Assembly (NCBI GenBank): GCA_965112735.1
Contig: OZ218951.1
Span: 3,844,001-3,908,000, forward strand
Length of the DNA stretch: 64,000 bases
Source of the DNA: Phaeosaccion multiseriatum
Taxonomy: Eukaryota; Protista; Ochrophyta, other classes
Reading direction: 5' to 3'
Part shown: positions 1 to 10,421 of the stretch, piece after piece
Layout: the number at the start of each line of letters is the position of its first letter
How positions within the stretch are numbered: position 1 is the stretch's first letter
Made by a program: the position numbers and the translations under genes
The notes under the pieces: generated by a model
Told to the model about the DNA's origin: nothing
What the model saw: the letters and a program-made list of their open reading frames with translations, nothing else
Databases searched by the model: none

Positions 1-810
1 TGAGGGGCTTGTGGGGGTTGGGGAAGAAGGCAGTAATGGCCCCTGTGCCCCCGGCGCGGCGGCAACCTCCTCCCACGCGCGACGAGGAGGGAGAAGCGGT
101 GCAAGCTCCGCCACCCATTGTCCTGGATGGGGACGAGGGCTTTCGGAAGTTGGTGGAGCAAGAGGAAAAGGCAGCTAGAGAACAAGAGAAGGGCTGATTG
201 AAATAGGGGCAAGGTTGAGCTTTCCACTTGCAGAGACCTTGGATTTGGATGGAGCTTGCTTTGCACCAGTGCGAAGCGGGCTGGATGGGGGGGGGGGGTA
301 TGCAAACCGCGGATTGGCACCCAACAAGTCGCTGGAGGTCATGGTGCCCGCCGACTGCTTACTGCTGTCTGTCTCGATGACTCCTTCCGCAGCAGCCTTT
401 GACGAGAGCCCGGGAAGCGTGGGCTGGGACGTCACCTTTTGATTTGAGCCACGGAGACTGGTTATTTTCTTCATGCATTGCGCGGTTGCAGCAGCGCAAC
501 CGCGATTGGACCATTTCGCAAACGGATGGACAACACACCAAGCTTTTATGGTGGCTCTTGCGACTCATGAGACTTGGCATGCGCGGCCACATGAGGGGCT
601 CGGAGGATTGAATCTCGTACAGGACCTCCGTCTCGCGCCCTTTGCCTTGACGTTGTCTCTGAGGGTAGGGACTGTCGCCCTGCTCACTATCGCGTCCGCC
701 CCAGGAGGCCACAGTCTCGTCTCCAGGGCCGAAGCTGTGTGACGGGGGGGGTGGTGGGGGGGGGAGCGGCGGATATATTTCGACATCTGGGTCCACGAGG
801 TCTTCTTTTG
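1..810 (-). CDS. Possible fragment of a spliced hypothetical gene (low-complexity, Pro/Ser-rich); structure unresolved
   Basis: Overlapping open frames 359-796 and 175-474 on minus with plausible acceptor sites. No recognisable domain. A plus-strand ORF ending at 197 is an alternative. Confidence 0.2.
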
Positions 811-998
811 GGTAACGTTACTTATGTAAGGTGCCGTGTGAGTGATGTTGGCCGTGTGGCAGTGGTCTGGACGGTGCGCAGGTCAGGGTGCCAGCGCTGG
901 ACACAGGGAGATAAGTGCTACGTCTACGCATCTCTCTCGTTCGTAAGGGGCATGCACTTCCGTGCTAGTACCCAATGGGCCCAAGGCATTCAACCACA

Positions 999-1264
999 CG
1001 CTATTCGGCTCCCCGCAGGGCTTCTCGGGCTCCGGGCTTCTGGGCCATAGCCCCCTTCAGGCTTCGGGCTTCTGCACCGCAGGCCAGCGGTCTGGGCTTC
1101 AGGCTTCTCAGGGGGGCTCAGCCAGGGGGGGGGGGGGGGAGATTATGCCAGGTTTCTGGCCGCAGGCCAGCCCCGGGCTTCTTGCTTTCGGCCGCAGGCC
1201 GCCTCAGCCAGGCTTCTGCTTATCGGGGGGACAGAGAAGCCCTGCCTGCTGGAGCCGACGCTAT
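999..1264. mobile_element. Putative MITE / non-autonomous DNA transposon
   Basis: Nested inverted repeats TCGGCTCC (1005-1012)/GGAGCCGA (1251-1258) and GCAGGGCTTCTC (1015-1026)/GAGAAGCCCTGC (1234-1245). Flanked by direct CGCTAT (999-1004, 1259-1264). Internal GGCTTC repeats. Confidence 0.45.
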
Positions 1265-1699
1265 CAGCTGTTCGCCGGCGCGCGCCGGCGCGCTACCCGC
1301 TATTGGACTATTGCGCCCGGCGGGGGGGGCGGGGGGGGGGATCAGCTATTGATGGCGTGGCAATAGCGCAGCTATCGGCGAAAAGGGGCTAGGGGTGATA
1401 AGGGGTTCGAAGGGGTCAAAGCATCAGGTCGTCAAGGTTGGGGGGGGAAAACGGAAAAAGCAAACAATTGTAAGTCAACAAATTCTGATTCCCCCCCCCC
1501 TGGCCTCTTTCTGCCCTCCCCTCGTGCGCATCGCATATATTAGAGCACACCCATCATGAGAGCGAGGAAGAAGGACTGAATGATTGGCGACAGGCTTCTC
1601 TCTTTCATCTGCCGGCCTTTCCTTACCTAACCTATTTGCGCCGTCCGAAGAACGGAGACGTACATCACTCTCAAGTCCCAGATCCCCCCCCCTCTTGAG

Positions 1700-4648
1700 A
1701 TGATGTCTCTGTTCTTGAGAACTGGGCAAACGGACGGGCAGCAGCCACAGGAGAGTGCATCAAGGGGTTGGCTGGGTTCGCTTGCGGAGGAGGAGGAGGA
1801 GGAGGAGGAGAAGGAGGAGGAGGGAGAGGAAACTTTCTCTGGAGACGGAGAAGCGCCTCGTCAGGCAGAGGAGGAGGACGTTTGTGCAGCCGACGAGGCG
1901 CCTGTTTCGATGTCGGGCGCCTTGGCGCACGTTGTGCTTCGCTGGACAGTCATAAACGAGGTTCCTCCAGTCGTCTCTAAGCCCTCAGCCTACGTATCGC
2001 GGAACGCGCCTCCCACCACGATTGGGGGCCAGGGCGCTGTGGTGGGAGAGCAAATTGACATGGGACAGCAAGCCAACAGAGTCTGTATAGCGGACGCTAC
2101 TCTATCTAGAAACCACGCGACGTTCTTTGTGCAATCTGCACAGAAGGGGGGGTGTGAGGTACAGCAGCCCGAGGTGGGGCGGCAACCTGGTGGTGCGGCA
2201 GAAGTGGGGTGTCCATCGTGCTGCTACTTCCAGAACCTCGTGCCCAACGCACTGTGGCCGGCCGCCGTGAGGCTGAGACCCTCTCAAAAGTGGTATCTCT
2301 ATACAGGGGCGTGTTTTAGCGTCGGCGCTTCCGTCTTACGCGTCCCGTTTCTACCACCACCTGGTGGGGGGTCGGAGGAGAAGGGAGAGCAAGATCAGGC
2401 CTCGCTTCGCCTAGAGGTAGTGAGCGGTCCTTTGAAAGGCGATACAGTAGACATCGACTGCCATGGTGGTGACATTGGGCGATCCAAGGGAAGTAAGGTC
2501 TGCATCCGGGACAAGGAGCTTTCAAGATGTCATTGTCGAATCGGCTATGAAGACAAGAGCGAACGCTTCTTCCTCGTGGACGAAGGAAGCGTGAATGGCA
2601 CCTTCATGCAGCTTGTGGGGCCCTACAAGGGTGCACGGGCTGTGCGACTGGGAGACGCGCTTATGGTGGGGCGCACGGGGCTGCGCGTGGATCGCTTTGA
2701 TTGGGGAGCCGTGGAGCGAATAGGTGGGTCCAGAGCAAGGTGGTGGTGGTGGTTGGTGATTGTAGTACAATCCCATGTATCTCACTGACTTGAGTGCGTG
2801 CGCGTTCCCAGGTAAACGACCAACGATGGAGGACGCAACGGTCGTCGTGCAGGACTTACACGTGCCCGGGCTTGGCGGCATCTTGTGGCCACAGACCTTC
2901 GCGGCAGTCTTTGATGGTGAGTGAGTGAGTGAGTGAGTGAGTGAGTGAGTGAGTGAGTGAGTGAGGCATGGGGAGGTAGGTACCACAATGCATTGTACAC
3001 AGCCTTTATTGGAGTCTGGCCTTTAACCCAAACCTCTACAACAGGTCACCGCGGCAAGGAGGCGTCAGCCTTTGCCAGCAAGCACTTGCACAGGAATCTC
3101 TACTCGGCCCTGTTACGGCAGCGAGAACGACTTTCCGAATGCAGTGCCAATCCGCGAGAGCTGGATGCAGAAATCGAGTCCCTCCTCGCACAGGTGTTTC
3201 AAGAAACGGACGAAGCGTTCCTCCAATCTTCTCAAGCCCCCCAGGCGGGCTGCACAGGCACAGTGTGCTTGATCCTGGGGGAGCCACCCAGGATTTACGT
3301 GGCCAACTCGGGCGACTCGAGGACAGTCGTTTGCCAGCGAGGAAAGGTGCTGCTGGAGAGCATGGACCACAAACCGGTGAGAACCTCGAACCCCCCCTTG
3401 TATGTGTCGTATGTGTTGGGAGGCACTCTTCCCTTGTGTGGGACTGACACATGCACACACTCAATCACACACACACGCATACACAACACACACACACACT
3501 CGCATACACACAGACGCACACGCGCGCACACACACACGCACACGCACACACACGTACTCACCGACGTACACACTCACACACACGCAAGCACACTCACACA
3601 CATACCAACTCACGCACATACACGCGGGCACACATACACGCGGGCACACACACACTCACACCACACGTACACACGCACACGCACAGACGCGCACACACAC
3701 ATACACACGCGCACAAAAACGCACACACACGCAAACAATACACACTCACATGCGCACACACACACGCACACACGCACACACACACTCACACACTCACTCT
3801 CACACACACACGCACACACACAGGCGCGCACACACACACACGCACACACACACGCACACAGAACACGCGCACACACACTCACACACGCGTGCGCACACAC
3901 ACACACATTTTGATGTATTTGCATTCAACCCTATGTATGTCAATTCTTTCTCTATCTCGCCCTCAAATCCCAGACGGTGGCGACGGAAAAGGAGAGGGTG
4001 GAGCGCGCAGGAGGGTGGGTGCAGGCGGGGCGCGTGTGTGGGATCCTCAGTGTGTCCCGAGCCTTCGGAGACTGCGACTTTAAGAGTGAGGGCGACAAGG
4101 GGGTTGCTCACGGCAGAAGGGCTGTGAAGAAACAGCCGCAGCCGAAGCGGACGGAGCCGATGACGCCGACGGCCCCTGCGTCCCCCTTTCGAGCCCCCTT
4201 AACCTGGGGCAAGAGCTTCGCGGGCATAGGAAGGCGGAAATCAAGTTTGGCCTCGCAGGACTCGAGCAGCAGCAGCGTCAGCACCACTCCGGATGGTTAG
4301 TATGGGTAGTGTCCGCCGCGCACAAACACAAGCACACCTTGTCTCTTGACACCCAGCTCACTTCCTCCCTCCCCCGCAGATTCTCCCACAGCCGACTCTC
4401 AACACATCATCTGCGTCAACCCCGACGTGAGCGTCACGGCACTCTCTACCAACTTCATCATCCTGTCTTGCGACGGGCTCTTTGACGTGTTCAGCAGCGC
4501 AGAGGTGGTGCAGTTCGTGTGGCAGGACCTGGCGTCTCATGGCGATCCGCAGCTCTGCGTCGAGCGCATTTCGCACATGGCCATCAACGATCGCGGGTCC
4601 ACTGACAACGTTAGCTGTGTGCTCCTCATCACGGACGCTTGGTGGTAA
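1700..4648 (+). CDS. FHA-domain-containing PP2C (PPM) protein phosphatase, 5 exons
   Basis: Exons ~1700-2723, 2812-2916, 3045-3376, 3974-4295, 4380-4648 join in frame via GT-AG. FHA motifs LSRNHA and IGRS...LSRCHC...SVNGTF. PP2C motifs RPTMED, VFDGH, ANSGDSR, DHKP, SRAFGD, SCDGLFD, DNVS. Confidence 0.9.
2917..2964 (+). repeat. (GTGA)n microsatellite beginning at the intron donor
   Basis: About 12 tandem GTGA units directly at the 5' splice site. Confidence 0.95.
3446..3907 (+). repeat. Degenerate (CA)n microsatellite, ~460 bp, in PP2C intron 3
   Basis: Directly visible. Produces the spurious His/Thr and Cys/Val ORFs. Confidence 0.95.
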
Positions 4649-5259
4649 GGAGAGATGGGGGAGGGGGGGGGGGGTGGTTTATATAGTTTATAGGTAGAAT
4701 ACGACTCTACCCAAAGGACAGCACAGCGTGTCAAAAGAGTCGAACCGAGGAGCGTGACCAGTGCCGAAAGTACACTGCACAATAGGAAGGAAGACTATCA
4801 GACGTAAGAGAATTAGATACAGCCTTCCTTTTAAAAAAGAATAATGGAGACATGGTCATGTTTCTACGGGGCTTACCGCCAGGGAGATGAGTAGCATACC
4901 ACTCACCGTCAGGGCCCAAGCCAAGAGTATAAGTCTATGGGATTGGGAATCGAGGAGGTCCATTTTGAGGTTGAGGGCGTACGAGAGCCATTTGGTTCAT
5001 TCTGGCATACTCCTCCTCTGTACAACCGACTTTCGACTCGTGAGCACTGTGTGTCAGCTACTGCTCGTCATCCTCTTCTCACCCTTGCTTTGCCAGACTG
5101 ATACCCTTACCCCCTTACATCAGTCGATAGTGTCAATGAGATGGAAAGACCAAAGGAGAGAGAGCCTCCCCCTGCCCCCCTCCCCTCATTTCGGACCTCA
5201 CAATAGGCATCATCAGTCTGGCGAAGGGCTACTTCTCACAAAGCACCCCTCTGAGAACG

Positions 5260-5640
5260 AAAAAAAATGGAAGGACCCCACCCGCCCATACGTAACGATT
5301 ACGTGTGCGACGCTTTCCCCAGCGGAGGAAGAGGCCCCCGGGGTGCGCAAAATGCTATGTACCAAGGCAATGGGCGCGCGGCTGGGTCCTTCCTGCCTCT
5401 GGAACAACCCGTAGACAGACGAGCGGGAAAGCTTCCTGGGTCTCTGGGTGGGTCAGTCCACAGCTGACGGAAACTGGCTGGCTGCTCCTCCTCTCGAGGC
5501 AGAGGGAGGTGAATGGCGCAATCTTTCTTTGGTCGCCTTCACACGGAAAGGGGAGGTGTTGGATTGGATGGCAGGGGGTCTGCCACGGTGTTGCGGGCCG
5601 GGACCTTTGTGGAAGAGGGAAGGAGAGCTGTAGTAGGGAG
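5260..5640 (-). ncRNA. Candidate structured non-coding RNA ending in a T8 tract (unassigned family)
   Basis: Several hairpins. 3'-terminal helix GGAAGGACCC/GGGTCCTTCC (5269-5278/5384-5393) plus CGCCCAT/ATGGGCG, followed on minus by T8 (5260-5267). No credible ORF. Confidence 0.3.
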
Positions 5641-5684
5641 AGAAAACGAGAAAAAAAAAGAAAAAAAAAAAGGGGGGGCAAAAA

Positions 5685-5757
5685 GGTTCCACCGGGTCTC
5701 GATCCCGGGACCTCGACAATGTGAATGTCACGTGATAACCAACTACACCATGGAACC
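5685..5757 (-). tRNA. trnV-CAC: tRNA-Val, anticodon CAC
   Basis: Reverse complement folds as a cloverleaf: GGTTCCA/TGGAACC acceptor, GTG/CAC D-stem, TGACA-TTCACAT-TGTCG anticodon arm, CCGGG-ATCGAGA-CCCGG T-arm. Followed by a TTTTT Pol III terminator. Confidence 0.9.
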
Positions 5758-5886
5758 GTCTTAATGGTTGCCAAGAAACAGTGCTTTTAATTCAATTGGG
5801 GGGGGGGGGGGTCTTCTCGTCCATCTGTAATTTTCGGAGCACCATATCTTCTACTTGCCCTCCTCTTCCCCTCTCGCCTGAGAAGG

Positions 5887-6855
5887 ATGCGCGTGGCGTC
5901 GCTGTTCGTCTTGTCATCGCTCGTGCGTTCGGCGAGGGGGTTCGGCAGCGGCGGCGGCGGCAGGATGACGGGGCGAGGGACGATTTACTTGGGCTCAGGC
6001 TCGTTTACACGAAAACTTATTCTGGAGGAAATGGGTTTTCAGCCGGTGATTAGAACGGCAGATATCGACGAGAAGGCCCTTGGGGATCGGTACGCCTCTC
6101 CAAGAGACTTGGTGTTGGAGCTGGCCATGGCAAAGGCAGATGCGGTGCTCGCAAAGCTTACGCATGAGAAAAAGGAGGGCGGGCCTTTGCTGGCTAATCT
6201 CCTTCTTACGGGCGACCAGGTGTGTGACACCGATACCACAGGAATGTCTTTGTGCGCGGAGGGGGGGGGGGGAGTGGCGGCGAAGCTTGCCACTGGCCTC
6301 TTGAGGGTGGTTTCTTGAAAGTTGTGTCTCAGCTGTCTGCTGCTTGATTCTCTTTGCCGCATGTGAGCAGGTCGTGGTGCATGAGGGGCGAATCTTGGAG
6401 AAGCCGGAGGACTATGAAGAAGTGAGGAAGAACATTCAGGGCTACGCCATGTCTCCTTGTAAGACTGTGGGCTCTGCGGTGCTCACGGACATCCGCACTG
6501 GCCTCAGGTATTCCTTCTATTCCCGTCGCCTCCTCCCGTCGCGTATGCTTACGTACCACCAACCCTCCATCCCTGCTGCTCGGGGCTGTCCCAATGATTG
6601 CACAGAGTCGCCGGGGTGGATACGGCCGAAATTCACTTCAAACAGATACCTGACAGTGTGGTCGATGAGCTGTGCAAGGATGACTTCATCTTGCAGTGTG
6701 CGGGGGGATTGATGGTGGAGCATGAGCTCGTCCAGCCCTATATAGACAAGATGGACGGAGCGCAGGACTCCGTGATGGGACTCTCCAAGGCCCTGGTCGA
6801 CAGGTTACTTGCGGAGATTGCTGCGAAACAGAAGCAGCCAAAGGGGGCAAGATGA
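5887..6855 (+). CDS. maf: Maf-family nucleoside triphosphate pyrophosphatase, 3 exons, N-terminal signal-like leader
   Basis: IYLGSGSFTRKLIL, ADIDEK, LAMAKA, GDQVV..G.ILEKP, CAGGL, SVMGLS motifs. Exons 5887-6219, 6371-6507, 6606-6855. Confidence 0.88.
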
Positions 6856-7996
6856 GCGCAGCGCACGGGGGAGGGGGGGATACAGCACACTGATGCAGAA
6901 AAAGACGAGACTTGTCAAGCACGCCTCCTCGCGTCCCCCGCCACCCCAGCGCCATACGCCTTCTATCATGGACGCAGACGCGAGAGGAGGGAGGGCGGGC
7001 GGTGGGCACGCAGCTACGGCCTGCTTGGACGACGAGACAAGCCGACAAGTCCACAAGACGGAGCAGAAGGAGTCCAGGGCTCCTTTACAGAGGCAGCCTG
7101 CTTGCCCTTTCAGAGAGCCCAAGTCTCCAGCGCGCATGTTTGATGAGGTCAAACCTCTCCCCTCGCGGTAGCTGTCTCCGGAACTGTCATCCGCATCCGC
7201 TGGGAGACGCATGCTCAGTCTCTTGGCGGGGTGGTTGAGCTCGGGGAGGGAGGGGGGCTCGACCAGCGAGTCACCCTTTCCACAAAACGAGAGAGAGCTT
7301 CCTTGAGCCCAACGGGCAGGCCTATCTCCTCATAGGAGCACAGCAGAGAGGCAATCAGAAGGTGGAGTACTTTATTTCTCTCACCTTTTGAATCTCTAAT
7401 TCTTGAATACTTCCTTTTGTTCCAGCACCGGCTACTTTGTGGAATCGAAGAGTCATCGGGGCCGGTGGATCAATAGACCAGTCTGCCTCAATTAGATACC
7501 ACCGTGTACGGCGGGCTGCCGGTCGATGGAGACGCGAGACGGAGCTCATCCCGCCTCTACGGCGGGTGCAGGTGCGCGTAGTCACTGCTCGCCTAGTGCC
7601 CAGGTGCTGAAAGTCGCACTCATGGAAGGAACGCGTGGGGTATCCACCTGGTGTGCACCGCCAGGGCTGCCGTGGCCTATGGATAGGCCTGGATACACTT
7701 GTCATCCGGGCGGCGGGGGGGCAGGCTCCATATAGCCGAGAGGGGACATCGTTCGCGGAACGATGACTTTTTATCTCTCCACCCAAACGGCGAAGCGGCG
7801 CAGTGGCCAGGTGTTGCGCCCTCCAGAGCATATCCAAGCTATAGCACTCTCTCTCTCTCTCTCTCTAGGGTTCGACGCCATTCGCATACCCTCTCGCTCC
7901 GCACCAGCGCGACGGAAGGCCGGCCTGGCCGGGAGCGCCCAGCTTCACTCGGCGAGCCCTTGAGTCTCCCCAATGACCAACGCACCCCACGATAGG

Positions 7997-10311
7997 CTAA
8001 GCTCTGTCCGCCACCCATCCCTTCATCCGTGCAATCTCGGTGTCGTGAATGTGGTGCTGCTCCTGCACGTGGCACGCAAAGAGGGAGTCTGCGACAACCA
8101 TCAGGCTCCTTCGCTGGTGCGCGGCGTTTTGCCGGGCTTGCTGCAGCACCTTCATGCATGCATGGGAGACACAAGGACGGGAGGTGAGACGAAGGCCTGG
8201 CCATCGAACATGAATGTGACATGAATGTGACGCACCTCCTCCGACGCCTCTGCATCCACGTCTGCTGCTGCCAGTTTCTGTTGGCTATGGACAAGCCCTC
8301 TTGCACCTCCTCCTCCTCCTCCTCCTGCTGCTGCTGCTGCTGCGGATGATATAGGCCTCCGACTAGAGTCGTTTTGACGAGGCAGCCAGCACAGCGGCAA
8401 GGACGGAGTGGAAAAGTCGTGAACAATGACGGGGGTTGGGCAGGCAGTGGAGCCTGGCCTGGCCTTGAAGCGATAGGCAACAAGGAACTCCGGCATGACG
8501 TGATCCTGCGAGAGCAAGCATTGGCAAGAGGTCAGTCCAAGGACTGAAACTTTCCATGTGATGGCGGGCATGTACTGTACACACCTCCTTCAGTAGGCCG
8601 TACTCGTCCAGTTCCTGGGAGTAAACGGAGTCGTAAGCGCCCTTGGCCACGAGGAGGGCCGCAGCTTGTTGCGACAGTCCTGCAAACCCCCCATCATCCT
8701 CGCCCTCCTCCTCGTTCAGAGGCTGCCCCTGCCCCTGCCCCTGTGCCGGGTGACGGGCCCAGGGCTCATCCGAAATGTACATTCGCGGCATGACCACTCG
8801 ACACAAGGCCAAGAAGCGAACCCCGCTGTCCGCTCCCGCCTGTTGGGAACGAAACAAGTCAATCAACAAATCACGATATGCTGAGCGACAACTCCCGCCG
8901 TCATGTGATATGGTAAAACACCCCTCACCTCCTTCTCGCTCCCCACTCCTGCTGCACCCCCCCTCATGTTCTCCTGGTGTAGGGTGGAGTGCCTCGAGAA
9001 GCTCCTCGGAAAGGGAATGGGCCGCGTGTTGGCGTGCAGCGTCTTGAGAAAGGTGGTAGTGACCACCTGTGAGACACCCGCCCCGCTGTCCATGAGCGAC
9101 TGCCGCCCCAGGTCCTCCTCCTCCTCCTCAAGCGGGCCCCTCTTGCCCATGCCGTACATGACCACGTGCTCTAGGGCCCCGTCCGGCACAGTGCAAAAGA
9201 GCCCCTTCACTGCGCGGCCCGGCGTGTTGGCCTGCTGCGCCACCTGTGGTGTGTGACCAAAGGCAAACGCCATAAACCCAACGCGTTTTCAAACCTCCTC
9301 CTCCTCCTCTGCGTTCCACCAACAGCAAGCCACAGCGGCAGCAGCAGCAGCAGCAGCCCCCTACCCACGCACCTTTTGGAACTTGGCGAGAATGCCTTGG
9401 TTCTCGATGCGGTACACGTCTTCCACCTTAATGCCGCAGTACCGCTTGTCCGACTCAAAGTACTTGGCCTTGACATTCTCCGTCGCAGCCTTCCTGCAGC
9501 GGACATGCTGCTGATGAGAGGCAGGGAGGCGATGTAATACCACGGCGCCTCTCGTCTCGTGAGAAAGATGCAGAGCAAACAGCTCCATCCGCTGTGGGAA
9601 ACCACGGGGGGGGGGGGGGGGGGGACATCATGAGATGACTCTCCAGCACCAGAGCAGAAGCAGCAGCGACACTTCACCCACCTCAGCGAGGCGCAGGTAC
9701 TCCATCTCCTGCCTGCACTGCAGATCGGCGGAGCGCCTCTGAGCCTCCACTATTCTCTGCTCCTCCTCCATTGCAAGCCCCCCTCTGAGCACGAGGCTGA
9801 CGAGTTGCTCATCCAAGCGCTCCATGGACTCCTCCGTGCGAGCCTCTCGCCTGACCTGCGCGGCCTTCACATCCGACAGCATGCCCTTGACCTGCGTCTC
9901 CAGCATACCGCGCAGGGCGCGGAGACTCTTCACTCTATACTCCCGCTTTGCCCTCAAGGCTGAGCGCGCTGCTCGGATGCTTTCCACCCGATCCCTCTCT
10001 CTGCTAGTGCTACTGCTACTGCTGCTACTGCTGCTACGGCTGCTGCTGCTCGCGCTGGTGCTACCCTTTAGGAGCAGGCCGGAAAACTCTGGAGAGAGGT
10101 GGGCCAACATGGCCTCGCTGCATCTCTCTCGGCTGTCCTCTAGTACAACTTGCACTCGCCGGCTGCTTCTGCCCATCTCCTGCAGCTGCTGCTCTTCCTC
10201 CTCCTCCTCCGCCGCCGGTGCATCGGACGGCCGGTAGAACAGCGCAGGTGTCGACCGCACATATAGCTCGCCACTTACGAGACCAGGAGTCCCTGGGGCC
10301 ACCGCTGCCAT
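7997..10311 (-). CDS. Coiled-coil protein with a degenerate PARP/ADP-ribosyltransferase-like catalytic fold, 6 exons
   Basis: Exons splice in frame. Motifs VEDVYRIEN..ILAKF, FLALCRV, YDSVY, EY.L...DHVMPEFLVAYRF follow the PARP catalytic-domain order. Last exon ends ...GWVADRA-stop at 7997. Confidence 0.6.
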
Positions 10312-10421
10312 GGCGGCGTTCCTCCTCCAGCAGCGGGCAAGGTCCCAAAAAAAAGAAGAAAATATGTCAATGATGCCCAATCACTTGCCACTTCCCTTCC
10401 CTTTGTCGACGCAACTGATTG

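Noticed and set aside
3402-4127. His/Thr-rich and Cys/Val-rich ORFs
   Set aside because: Translations of the intronic (CA)n microsatellite.
4737-4746. B-box-like GGTTCGACTC on minus suggesting a second tRNA
   Set aside because: Flanks do not form a T-stem or cloverleaf; at most an isolated B-box.
5036-5075. SECIS-like AUGA...GA hairpin on minus
   Set aside because: Stem too short, no apical AA, and no upstream selenoprotein ORF.
5180-5255. TPP-riboswitch-like AGGGGUGC..UGAGAA..CCCUU..CUGAU on minus
   Set aside because: Lacks CUGAGA, GAACCUGA and the P5 UAAU/GCG elements, and is not in a thiamine gene.
5100-5570. Telomerase RNA template candidates (CCCTTAC repeats, TCCAATCCAA)
   Set aside because: No CCCTAA/CCCTAAA template on either strand; telomere sequence unknown.
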